From the NCBI GenBank assembly GCA_963750165.1, contig CAVVPN010000003.1, positions 2,080,001-2,144,000 of the forward strand: DNA of 64,000 nucleotides, written 5' to 3'. Positions within the stretch are counted from its first letter, which is position 1. Each line of letters opens with the position of its first letter. Of this stretch, positions 21,562 to 32,210 are shown piece by piece. A program made the position numbers and the translations under genes. The notes beneath the pieces were generated by a model. The model searched no databases. It saw nothing but the letters and a program-made list of their open reading frames with translations, and was not told where the DNA came from. This stretch comes from an uncultured Gemmataceae bacterium. GTDB lineage: Bacteria; Planctomycetota; Planctomycetia; Gemmatales; Gemmataceae.

Positions 21562-21645
21562 GATGTCGTGATCAACGGCAGCCACCACATCTATCGCCAC
21601 GCCGCCACAGGTCTCCTCCGAACACTCCGACCCTCAAAGGATGGC
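21562..21645 (+). pseudogene. Possible HicA toxin gene remnant
   Basis: INGSHHIYRH resembles the HicA GSH motif; no intact ORF and no hicB. Confidence 0.35.
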
Positions 21646-21685
21646 CCCCACCGCGGTGTTAACGTCTCTGTCATTTTCACACCTC

Positions 21686-21958
21686 TTACGAAGGCGGCTT
21701 GCCCTTGCCCGCCGCGATGTACTCCGCCCGTCGCCGCTCGTACTCCTCCGGCGTCAGCCGCTCCAGTTCCGTCTCGCCGCCGAGGACCGCCTGCTCGAAA
21801 ATCTGCTTCAAAAAGGGAATACACCAGCCGCAACCGGTGCCGGCGCCGCCGCACTCCGACAGCTGGCTGGCCACCTTCGGCCGGTTCTGGCGCACAAAGT
21901 TCACCAACTTGCGCCGCGAGACGTGGAAACAGTAGCAGATCTTCTGATCCGGGTTCAT
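21686..21958 (-). CDS. BFD-like [2Fe-2S]-binding protein
   Basis: ICYCFHVS...AGTGCGWC. Confidence 0.85.
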   Translation of the reverse strand: MNPDQKICYCFHVSRRKLVNFVRQNRPKVASQLSECGGAGTGCGWCIPFLKQIFEQAVLGGETELERLTPEEYERRRAEYIAAGKGKPPS

Positions 21959-22091
21959 TACAACACTCCTGGGCGGGCCCGCGTATATTGTACTCGATTG
22001 CCCGCCGCGTTGAACCGCCGAATGGCACGCCGATTTTAGCGAATAAGACTGGGAGAAGCAGCAATCGATCTCCCACGAAAGGTCCGCCCTC

Positions 22092-24043
22092 ATGGAACAG
22101 CATTTCATCCTGTGCGGCCTGGGTTACGTCGGCTGGCGCGTGCTGGACTACCTCCGCGCCGCGGGCGCCCCGGTCGTCTGCATCGATAACCGTTGCGCCC
22201 CCACCGATCCACGCCTGCAGGGCGTGCCGCTCATCCAGGGCGACTGCCGTCAGCAGGACGTGCTCCTCAAGGCGGGGCTCGACAGGGCGCGCGGCGTGCT
22301 CATCCTCATCAGCGACGACCTCATCAGTATCACCGCCACCCTCATGGTCCGCCGCCTGCGTCCGGACGTGCGCGTCGTTGTCCGCATGTTCAACCAGAAC
22401 CTGGTGCCGCGCCTCGGCGGCGCCGTGCAGAACGTCTTCGCCCAGAGCACGTCGGCGCTGACCGCGCCGCTGCTGGCCCTGATCGCGCGCACCGGCGAGG
22501 CGGTCGGCGCCTTCACGCTGGAGGACGGCCGCCGGCAACAGGTCGCCCAGCTGCAGGTGCGCGCCGGCATCCCCCCCTGCGGCCTGAAGATCATTGACCT
22601 GTGCGCCCGACACGAATTGCTCGCCGTGGCCCACGTACCGGCGGGCGAACCGGTGCGCTTTTTGCATGACGTGGAGCCGGAACAGCCGCTGGCGGCCGGC
22701 GACCAACTGGTGGTCTGTGGCGAACCGCGGCACCTGCAAGGGTTGATCGCCCAGGCCGAGGGCGAGTCACTGCCGGAACTGATCTGGGCGGGCCTGACGC
22801 GGCGGCTGTTCCGCGTCGGCTGGCGGACGTTGGCGGAGGTGGACCTGTCCGTCAAGCTCTGCACGACGGTGCTATTAGTGGTGATCGTGGCGAGCACACT
22901 GATCCTCACGTTCGGGATTGGCGAGTCGGCGGCGGACGCCTTTTACCGCACCGTCAGCCTGATGGCCACCGGCGCCGACATGGGCGGCGCCCGGCTGGAG
23001 GCGGGCGGCTGGCAGAAGGTGTTTGTCAGTGTGTTGCGCCTGGTCGGCACCGGCCTGGTCGCGGCCTTCACCGCCATCCTGACGAACTACCTGGTGCGCG
23101 CCCACCTGCGCGGCGCCCTGGAGGTGCGACGCATCCCCGACCGCGGTCACATCGTCGTCTGCGGCCTGGGCAACGTCGGCTACCGTGTCGTCGAGGAACT
23201 GCTGCGCCAGGGCGAGCGCGTGGTCGCGGTGGAGCACTCGCCGACCAACCCGTTCATCCCAACCGCACGGCGGCAGGGGGCGGCGGTCATCGTCGGCGAC
23301 GCCACGGTCGAGGAGGTGCTGCGGCAGGCGAACGCCGCCAGCGCCCGCGCCGTGGTCGCGGCCAGCAGCAACGAACTGGTCAACCTGGAGATCGTCCTGC
23401 TGGCGCGGCAGGTGAACCCGGGGCAGCGCGTGGTACTGCGGCTGCGCGACCCGGGGTTGGCGGAGACGATTCGCCAGGCGGCGAACATCCAGCTGGCGCT
23501 GTCGGTGCCGGAGCTGGCGGCGCCGGCGTTCGTGGCGGGGCTGTACGGCGACCGGGTGCGCAGCGTCTTTTTCGTCCACGGCCGGCTGCTGGCGGTGGTC
23601 GATCTGAAAACCCAGCCAGGCGACGGCCTGCTCGACGGCCGGCCGGTGCGGGCACTGGCAGTGGACTATCAGCTGCTGCCGGTCGGCCTGCGCGGCGCCG
23701 ACCAGGTCATGCGGGCGCAGCCGCTCAACGCCCGGCTGCGGCCGGGGGACTGCCTGACGGCCGTCATCGGTCTGCCGGACCTGCAGCGGCTGTTGCAGCG
23801 CGAGCCGGCGCCGCGCGCGTGGCAGGTGGAGGTAACCGCGGTGCCGCCGCCGGCGCGGCCGTTCCTGGCGCAACTGCTGCGCACCCGCGACGGCCTGGAC
23901 GCGACCTCCGCCGAGGCGCGGCGCAACAGCTGCCGTTGCTGCTCGCGGATCGGCTGACGCGCGGCGAGGCGGAGGACATGCTGTACCTGCTGACGCGCGA
24001 GCGCATCGGGGCGAAGGTGCATCGGCAGGCCCCGCAGGAATAG
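22092..24043 (+). CDS. TrkA-N/RCK domain potassium channel family protein (frameshift near 23920)
   Basis: Two CGLGxVG NAD-binding RCK domains flanking TM and pore-like segments. Confidence 0.82.
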
Positions 24044-24147
24044 GAACGCAACAAAATCATGAAGAACAAAATCATGAAAAATAAAATTATGAAGACAAAT
24101 AAAAATCTGTCTTTATGATTTTGTTCTCCATGATTTTGTTGCGTTCC
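24043..24147. repeat. AT-rich palindromic element with internal AACAAAATCATG repeats
   Basis: GGAACGCAACAAAATCATG ... CATGATTTTGTTGCGTTCC inverted ends. Confidence 0.75.
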
Positions 24148-24163
24148 CCACAAGCGAGGCGCC

Positions 24164-25037
24164 ATGTATGCGACGCTGGAGAACTGGCCGTATCTGCTGC
24201 TAGCCGGGGCGGGCACCGGGCTGCTCGGGGCCATCCTCGGCACCGGCGGCGGCGTCTTTCTCATCCCCATCCTGGTCGTCCTCATCGGGTTGCCGATGCA
24301 CTACGCGGTGGCCACCAGCATTCTGTCGGTCATCGCCACGTCCAGCGCCGTGGCCAGCGGCAACGTCGAGCGTGGCACCGCCAACATGCGGCTGGGCATG
24401 GTACTGGAGATCGCCACCGCCGCCGGCGCGATCGCCGGTGGCCTTACCGCCGCGGTTCTGGCCCCGACAATCCTGGAGGGGCTGTTCGCCCTCGTGCTGG
24501 TGCCGACCGGCATCATCATGTGGCGGCACGGCGGTGAGCACGCCGCAGTCATGATCGGCCGGATACCCCGGGGCGACCAGGTCGCGGAGGAGTCGCCGCA
24601 CCTCGGAGGCGCTGGGCGCACGCTATGTCGATGCGGCGACCGGCCAGACGGTGGCATACCGGGTGCAGCGGTTGTGGGCGGGCCTGGGCGTGTCGTTCGT
24701 GGCGGGCAACCTGTCGGGACTGCTGGGCATCGGCGGCGGCGTCTTCAAGGTGCCGGCGCTGCACCTGCTGTGTGGTGTACCGATCAAGGCAGCAGCCGCG
24801 ACCTCCAACTTCATGATCGGCGTGACTGCGGCGGCCAGCGCGTTCTTGTACTTCGGCCGCGGCGAAGTACGGCCGGCGCTGACGGCGGCGGTGGTGCTCG
24901 GCGTGCTGGTGGGCTCGGTCGCGGGGTCGCTGCTCAACCGCCGTGTCGGTGGCACGTTTGTGCAGCGGCTGTTCGCGGTGCTGCTGCTGGCGGTGGCGGT
25001 GGAGTTTTTTCTGCGGGCCTTCGGGGCCAGGGGGTGA
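24164..25037 (+). CDS. TSUP (TauE/SafE) family transporter (one frameshift near 24615)
   Basis: GAILGTGGGVFLIP and SGLLGIGGGVFKVP repeats; ATSNFMIGVTAA. Confidence 0.85.
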
Positions 25038-25040
25038 GCA

Positions 25041-25391
25041 GTGGACGCCGAGGGGCGGTCGCGGATCTTGCGGCACTGGGTTCACTGGAGCCTGCTGGCG
25101 GGCGTCATCGTCAGCGGCGTGCTGCTGGCGCTGGGGCTGGTGACGGCCCTGGCGAGCGGGCAATCGCGGCCGAAGGGGGCGCCGAGCATCCCGGGGCTGC
25201 TACGGCAGGCGGTGCATGGCGAAGGGGTGGGCCTGCTGTACGTGGGCCTGCTGCTGCTGATCGCCACGCCGATCCTGCGCGTGGTGGTGCTGGCGGTGGG
25301 CTGGGCCGTGGAAAAGCAATGGCGGTTCGCGGCCGTGGCGGTCGTCGTGCTGACGCTGCTGGGCCTGGGCCTGCTGTTAGGGGTGGGTTGA
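25041..25391 (+). CDS. DUF1634-like membrane protein
   Basis: GLLLLIATPILRV motif; usual TSUP partner. Confidence 0.75.
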   Translation: MDAEGRSRILRHWVHWSLLAGVIVSGVLLALGLVTALASGQSRPKGAPSIPGLLRQAVHGEGVGLLYVGLLLLIATPILRVVVLAVGWAVEKQWRFAAVAVVVLTLLGLGLLLGVG

Positions 25392-25584
25392 ACGGGCGTC
25401 TTCCCTGTCGGTCCTTTTCTCAAAGCCGCTTCAATCTGGACAATCTCGGAAGTTGTGATAGACTCTTTAATCATCATGTTTTGTTTTTGATTTACGTTCA
25501 CCTGCCCGGGTCGGCACAGGATCTGGCAAGCGCGTCCACCGCCTCTCCCGGGAGAACGCAGGCCCCACCTGCAGGAGCGACAAC

Positions 25585-26535
<951 letters not shown>

Positions 26536-26545
26536 GGAGGGATTC

Positions 26546-26986
26546 ATGACGCAGAAGACGGGCGCCGGCCTCCGCTGGGGGCTGGCGCTGTTGCTGGTCA
26601 GTCAGGTCTTCGGGTGCGGCGGCTCCGGGGCGGCCACGGCCCGGGTGTCCGGCACGGTGACGCGCAACGGCAAGCCGGTGCCCAACGTCCTGGTCCAGTT
26701 CCAGCCAGAGCAAGGCCGGGTCAGCACCGGCCTGACCGATGAACAGGGCCACTTCACGCTGAAGTACGACCGGAAGCAGGAGGGGGCGGTCGCCGGCACT
26801 CACCGCGTTTCCGTGACGTTCCGGCCGAAAACGCCGAAGGACGAACAGCTGCTGGGCGAGGGCAAGTGGAGCCCGCACCCCGACTACGCGGCCATCATGG
26901 AGAAGTACGGCAAGGCGGACAGTACGCCGCTGCGCATCGAGATCAAAGAAGGCGACAATTCGGACGTGCAGATCAAGCTGGATTAA
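26546..26986 (+). CDS. Carboxypeptidase-regulatory-like domain lipoprotein (DUF1559 partner)
   Basis: FGC lipobox; VSGTVTRNGKP, TDEQGHFTL, GAVAGTHRV. Confidence 0.8.
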   Translation: MTQKTGAGLRWGLALLLVSQVFGCGGSGAATARVSGTVTRNGKPVPNVLVQFQPEQGRVSTGLTDEQGHFTLKYDRKQEGAVAGTHRVSVTFRPKTPKDEQLLGEGKWSPHPDYAAIMEKYGKADSTPLRIEIKEGDNSDVQIKLD

Positions 26987-26990
26987 TCTT

Positions 26991-27054
26991 GTTACTGGTC
27001 GGAGCCCGAGCGCCAGCGCGGGGCCGCGCTGGCGCTCGGGCTCCGACCAATAAC
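26991..27054. repeat. REP-like palindrome, family A (GAGCCCGAGCGCCAGCGCG)
   Basis: Near-perfect inverted repeat between convergent genes; the family recurs across the window. Confidence 0.85.
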
Positions 27055-27103
27055 GAACATTCATGGCGCTCCCGTATCAGCGGCAAGCCGCAGAACGATG
27101 GCG

Positions 27104-28357
27104 TTATTTCTTGCCGCCGACGTTGCTGTAGTCGAACATGGGCGTGCGGTCGAACAGGTCGCGCGGCCGCAGTTCAAAGCCGGCCCAGCCGACGTGGGTC
27201 GTGCCCAGGAACTGGCCCTTGATGAACTGGCCGTCCTCGGAGCGCGGCTCGTGGTGCATTGGCGTGCTGAGCCAGAGTACCACGTCAGACTTGAGGACCG
27301 GCTCGCCGTCCGCGACGTACTTCGGCAGCTGGGTGTAGTTCAGTTCCGTGTTCTTGGCTTTCGTCACCCAGAAGTCGTGCCGGGTACACATTTCCTTGCT
27401 GAACCCGTTCTCCTTCTCGCTCTTTTCGCCGCCGAAGTGGCGGGCGTTGCCCGAGCGGAACGTCATCAGGTCGTAGGCCAGCGGCTGCTTGCGGGCGTTG
27501 ACGCGCTTGTCGTTGATTACGCGCAACATGGTGAACTTCTCCGGCTTGAAGTCGGCGAAGCCCTCCTTGCCGTTGTTGAACGGCGTCACGTCGCTGCGGG
27601 CCTGGGTCTTTTCCTTGTGATTGATGTCTGGTTCGATGTGCTCGACCAGGTAGACCGAGTTGTTCTCGGGGCCGTCCAGGTTCACGTCGATACGCCACAG
27701 GCCGTTGTGCATGTGGCCGGTGAACTCGCGGCCGCCGTAGTTGCGACCGCAGGAGCCGACGCGGAACGTGATGACGCCGTTGTCCTGGAAGCCGTACTCG
27801 ATGATGTAGCGGTAGTTCGCCGCCAGCAGCGTGCCGAACAGTACCAGCGTCTGGCCGCGGCGGACGGTGTTCTCGCTCATGAACATGATGCCGCGGTCGC
27901 GCACCTCCTGGACGACGTTCGGGCGCTTGCCTTCGCCGCCGCCCAGTAGCTTGCCGAACGGGCCGGCATCGTCGCGTGTCACCGTCGTCATCTCGAAGTT
28001 GTACGACACGTCCCAGAAGCGTGGGGAACCCACGTGGTAGGGCACGAACATCTCCGACAGCCGGGCGTCACCCAGGACCTGCATCCACGGCTCGCCGGGG
28101 CCCTTCTTGTAGAAGGCGTCCTGGATGTACAGGCCGTGGCCCCTCGTGGTCGCCCAGTGAACCTTCCAGGCGGTCTCCATCGAGCCGTTGCTCGGGAATT
28201 CCTGGATAACCTCGTTGCCCGAAGAACTCTTGAACTCGGGCCGTTTCTTGCCCTTACCCTTGCCGCCGCCCGGTTGCTGGGCGGCGACGCCCGCCAGGAT
28301 CGCCAGGATCGCCGTCAGCGTGAGCACGGCCAGGGTCGGTTTTCGCAAACGCAACAT
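27104..28357 (-). CDS. Secreted copper amine oxidase-like catalytic domain protein
   Basis: Signal peptide; LSEMFVPY, FWD, NYRY, HMH, DFWVT, DVVLW, HHEPRSED, FELRPRDLFDRTP. Confidence 0.72.
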   Translation of the reverse strand: MLRLRKPTLAVLTLTAILAILAGVAAQQPGGGKGKGKKRPEFKSSSGNEVIQEFPSNGSMETAWKVHWATTRGHGLYIQDAFYKKGPGEPWMQVLGDARLSEMFVPYHVGSPRFWDVSYNFEMTTVTRDDAGPFGKLLGGGEGKRPNVVQEVRDRGIMFMSENTVRRGQTLVLFGTLLAANYRYIIEYGFQDNGVITFRVGSCGRNYGGREFTGHMHNGLWRIDVNLDGPENNSVYLVEHIEPDINHKEKTQARSDVTPFNNGKEGFADFKPEKFTMLRVINDKRVNARKQPLAYDLMTFRSGNARHFGGEKSEKENGFSKEMCTRHDFWVTKAKNTELNYTQLPKYVADGEPVLKSDVVLWLSTPMHHEPRSEDGQFIKGQFLGTTHVGWAGFELRPRDLFDRTPMFDYSNVGGKK

Positions 28358-28398
28358 GAAGGATGTCTCCGCGAATGTTTTGGGATGAAGGGGTCCGG

Positions 28399-29016
28399 TC
28401 ACGGCTGGGTCGAAAGAGGCGTGCGGCCGAAATGGACCTGACCGGTGGTCAAATCCACGACGACGGTGCGCGGGCCGACGTAGGCGTCGCCCTGGACGAA
28501 GTCCACCAGCGCCAGGCGGTGGCCGAACAGGGCGTCCTGTGCCTCGGCGTGGTGCGGCCGCAACTCGATGCGCAGTTGCGACTGTGCCGCGAACAGTCCA
28601 GTCAGGCGGGCGTCACCGCGGACCAGCTGCTCGACCTGCGCCTGCTCCTCGGCCGCCAGCGCCGTCGGGGCGTGCGCCAGTTTCTCGACCTGCATCACCG
28701 TGCCGTTCTTCAGATCGACGCAGGTGTAGACGGTCTCGTCGCCCTCGTAGCAGTAGTGGGTGACGCGCACCTGCCGCTGTGGGGCGTCGGCGGTGGGGCC
28801 GGGCAGCAATTCGACCTTGATGAACACGGTCTTGCCCGGGGCGCCGGCCAGCAGCGTCTCGGCCAGTTCGCGGGCCTGGCGGACCTCGGCGGCGCTGAGT
28901 TCAAAAGACACGGCCCGTTCCTGGTCTTCGCGGTCACTGGGTTGCGCCTGACCGCAGCCCAGCGGCGCCAGGGCACAGCCGAGCAGCAACAGCCAGGACG
29001 ATCTCCGTCGTAGCAT
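28399..29016 (-). CDS. Lipoprotein resembling copper amine oxidase N2/N3 domains
   Basis: LGC lipobox; two repeats ending VDLxxGxV; LAAEE...RGDARL. Confidence 0.55.
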   Translation of the reverse strand: MLRRRSSWLLLLGCALAPLGCGQAQPSDREDQERAVSFELSAAEVRQARELAETLLAGAPGKTVFIKVELLPGPTADAPQRQVRVTHYCYEGDETVYTCVDLKNGTVMQVEKLAHAPTALAAEEQAQVEQLVRGDARLTGLFAAQSQLRIELRPHHAEAQDALFGHRLALVDFVQGDAYVGPRTVVVDLTTGQVHFGRTPLSTQP

Positions 29017-29098
29017 TACAAACCTCCCGTGGTGGAAATGAAGCCTTCTTCGGGCGTCCGAAGCGAGGCGCGAGTGTATCTGGAGAGGAACTCGTCTG

Positions 29099-29176
29099 TT
29101 CTGCCGCTTGCGGCCTGGCACGCTGCGACCCTTCTCACGTTAGATGGGTATCAGCGCTAAGCCGCTTGCGGCAGAA
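29099..29176. repeat. Palindromic repeat, family B (GCCGC(A/T)(A/T)GCGGCAGAA)
   Basis: Imperfect inverted repeat related to 37455-37558. Confidence 0.6.
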
Positions 29177-29214
29177 GGAAATATCACACCGCCCATTGTA
29201 ACCGCGAAGCGGCG

Positions 29215-32055
29215 TCACGCCAGAATATTCACGGTGCCGCGGCCACCGTCGATACGGACGCGCTGGCCGGAGCGCAAACGGCGGTGGATTTCGGGCAGCC
29301 CGGCGACCGCGGGCAGGCCGAACTCGCGGGCCACGATGGCGCCGTGCGACAATACACCGCCCGTCTCCATGACGAGGCCGCGGGCGTGGACAAACAGCGG
29401 CACCCACGCCGGGTCGGTGGTCGGGCAGACGAGGATGTACGGCTCCGACGGCGGGCTCACCACGGCGGGCTCGTGCAGCACCAGCGCCGGCCCCTCCGCG
29501 ACGCCCGCCGACAGACCGACGCCCTGCAGCGTAGCGGCGCCGGCCGCGGCCGCCGGCTCACGGCCGATGGCCTCCAGGTCATCGCTGAACAGCACCTGCG
29601 GCACGAATAGCTTGAGCGCCTGCGCCCGCCGCCGCCGCCGCTGGGCGATGCGCCCGGTCAGCGTCCCGGGCGCGGACTCGGCCTTGATGAGCGTGGGCAG
29701 TTCGTCTGGCGTCAGGAAAAAGATGCCGCCGGCCAGACCGTAACGCCGGTCCAGCTCGACCAGGTAGCGGCGCACCAGTGCGTAGCCGTGCATCAGGTAG
29801 TGCTTGGCCGCTTCGCGCAGACCCATGTAGGTCTGGAGCGATTGCAGCTCCTGCGCAAACGCCTGCCGCTGGCCTGCGGTCAGCTTGCACGCCGCGGCGA
29901 TGCGTTCCAGCAGCGCCGCTTCTGAGCCCGAAGCGCCAGCGAGGAGTGCAGGTTCCCGCGCTGGCGCTTCGGGCTCAGAAGTCAGACGGTCCAGCGTCGC
30001 ATGGTCCTCGGCCCAGCGCGGCTGCGACAACTCCATTTCCTGGCTGCCGCGGTGGCCGAAACGCTGCAGGAACTCGTCGCGGCTGAGCCGGCCCGCGGTC
30101 AGCGCGCGCACGGCGCGCGGCAGGTCAGCGTCCTCGTCGGGATGAACGCCCATGACCAGCTCGCGCAGCAGTTCGCCGGCGCGGGCGGCGGCGGCGGTCG
30201 CGGTCACGCCCGGCTGCTGTTGCAGGCCGCGTGCCAGCGCCCGCTCCAGGTTGCCCAGCGCCAGCGCCGTGAACACCGTCGGTTTCAGGCTGTCGCGCGC
30301 GAAGTCGAACAGCGTCCGCCCCACCCAGTAGTGGAAGCGCTCCAGCAGCGTGGCGTTCGTCAGCTGGGTCACGTCATCGGCAACGGCACGGGTTGCCTCG
30401 TTGAGGAACGGCGGCACCAGATCGCGGCGGAAGCGGTCGGCGAAGGTGGCGGACGCGCGGCGCAGTCGGGCCGCCGAGCGCATCAATTTGAGGAACACGA
30501 ACGGTAGCAGCAGGTAGAAGCGCCAGCCGGCGCGGGCGGGGTTGAAGACCGCCTGGGGGTTGAGGGCGCGGACGGGGTTCTGCTTCAGCGCGGCGAAGGA
30601 GTGCTCGAACGGCAGCGACCGGTACTGCATGCGCGGCTCGCGGCTGAGGTTGCAGTACGGGCGGCCGCAGATCAGGTCGAAGGTGCCGAGCGTGTCCAGG
30701 GCGGGGTCGGGGTCGAAGCCGAGGTCGCGATACATCTGGCCGAAGCCGCCGCGGCCGGACATGAACTGCCGCACCACCGCCCAGGTCATCGGCGTCGGCT
30801 CCGGCAGCACCTCCGCGAGGTTGTAGCGGCTCCAGACGGTGCCGCCCGGCTCCGCCAGCGCCCGCGCCGCCTCGGTCTCCTCGCGGCGCAGCTGCTCCAG
30901 CTCGGCGCTGTCGTCCACGACCGCGGCGGTCTTGATCGGCCGCGCTTGCAGCAGGTAAAACTGGCCGCCCGCCAGCGCCCATTCGATGTCGCACGGCGTC
31001 CGAAAATACTCCGCGACGCGCAGCCCCAGCCGGCCCAGGTCCGCCAGCTGCCCGGGGCTCAGCGATGCCGCACTGCGATCCGCCGGCTGGCCCTGACCGC
31101 CCGCGGTCAGCGTCACCGTCACCCGGCGTTTGCTGCCGATGACCTGGTTCACCACCGCGAGCGTCTTGCGGTCGAGAAAGAAACGGTCGGGATCGACCTT
31201 GCCAAGCACGATGGCCTCACCGAGGCCGAACGAGGACTCAACGATCATCTGGCCGGAAGCGGGGTTCACCGGGTCGGTGGTGAACAGCACGCCGGCGACC
31301 TCCGCGGGGCACATCAGCTGCACGGTGACCGCCGTACCGATCAGCCCCTCAATGCGGTGGTGGCGGCGGTAGGTAACGGCGCGGTCGTTGTTCCACGAGC
31401 GGAAGACAGCGTTGATCGCGGCCACGAGCATGGCCCACGGGTCCGTCGGCACCGGCTTGCCCTGCCGCGCACACAGGCCGCACAGTTCGTCGCACAGCCG
31501 CTCCAACTCCGCGGCGTCGAGGTCCTCGTCGGTGGTCTTGCCTGCCTCGGTCAGGACGTCGGTGACGCGCGCGGTCAGCTCGGCCTCATCCACGCCCAGG
31601 GCGGTCGGGGCGAACATCAGCAGGAAGTGCAGGTACGCCCGCCAGGCGCCGCGCGGGTTGCCGGTGCGTTCCGCCTGCTGCCGCACGCAATCCGGGTGCA
31701 GGCCGACGTTGAGGATGGTGTCCATCATGCCCGGCATCGACTGGGCGGCACCGGAGCGCACCGCCACCAGCAACGGCTCGGGACCGCGGCCGAAGACGCG
31801 GCCGGACAGGTCTTCGAGCCGCTGCAGACCGGCGCGCACCTGGTCTTCGAGGCCGGCGGGCCAGGTACGCTGGTGGCGGTGATACAGGTCGCAGCACGCT
31901 GCCGAGAGCGTGAAGCCGGGCGGTACCTGCAGGCCGCCGCGCGTCATCTCGGCGAGGCTGGCACCCTTGCCGCCGACGAGGTGCTTGACGGCGTCGCCAC
32001 CGTCGGCCTGACCGTTGCCGAAGAAGTAGACGTAAGACGTGGCGTCGGTGCTCAT
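29215..32055 (-). CDS. PEP/pyruvate-binding (PPDK-type ATP-grasp) + PEP-utilising swivel domain protein, rifampin phosphotransferase-like architecture
   Basis: GGKGASLAEM, VRSGAAQSMPGMMDTILN, FGLGEAIV, DIEWA, LQARPI; C-terminal GGVLSHGAIVAREFG. Confidence 0.85.
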   Translation of the reverse strand: MSTDATSYVYFFGNGQADGGDAVKHLVGGKGASLAEMTRGGLQVPPGFTLSAACCDLYHRHQRTWPAGLEDQVRAGLQRLEDLSGRVFGRGPEPLLVAVRSGAAQSMPGMMDTILNVGLHPDCVRQQAERTGNPRGAWRAYLHFLLMFAPTALGVDEAELTARVTDVLTEAGKTTDEDLDAAELERLCDELCGLCARQGKPVPTDPWAMLVAAINAVFRSWNNDRAVTYRRHHRIEGLIGTAVTVQLMCPAEVAGVLFTTDPVNPASGQMIVESSFGLGEAIVLGKVDPDRFFLDRKTLAVVNQVIGSKRRVTVTLTAGGQGQPADRSAASLSPGQLADLGRLGLRVAEYFRTPCDIEWALAGGQFYLLQARPIKTAAVVDDSAELEQLRREETEAARALAEPGGTVWSRYNLAEVLPEPTPMTWAVVRQFMSGRGGFGQMYRDLGFDPDPALDTLGTFDLICGRPYCNLSREPRMQYRSLPFEHSFAALKQNPVRALNPQAVFNPARAGWRFYLLLPFVFLKLMRSAARLRRASATFADRFRRDLVPPFLNEATRAVADDVTQLTNATLLERFHYWVGRTLFDFARDSLKPTVFTALALGNLERALARGLQQQPGVTATAAAARAGELLRELVMGVHPDEDADLPRAVRALTAGRLSRDEFLQRFGHRGSQEMELSQPRWAEDHATLDRLTSEPEAPAREPALLAGASGSEAALLERIAAACKLTAGQRQAFAQELQSLQTYMGLREAAKHYLMHGYALVRRYLVELDRRYGLAGGIFFLTPDELPTLIKAESAPGTLTGRIAQRRRRRAQALKLFVPQVLFSDDLEAIGREPAAAAGAATLQGVGLSAGVAEGPALVLHEPAVVSPPSEPYILVCPTTDPAWVPLFVHARGLVMETGGVLSHGAIVAREFGLPAVAGLPEIHRRLRSGQRVRIDGGRGTVNILA
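29919..29981. repeat. Family A palindrome inserted in frame in a CDS
   Basis: Perfect 23-bp arms and a 17-nt loop, 63 bp in total. Confidence 0.85.
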
Positions 32056-32210
32056 GCCAAAACGATCCCCAGGCGCTGCCTCACGTTGAAACCACCGCCA
32101 AACCTCCAGTTGAACGTATGGGCGACCCCGGGCCGCAGCAACCGCTGAGCGTGGGCGGTCGGCGGCCTTCCTATAATGATGTGAGACAATCATAATTTGA
32201 GGATCTTGCG

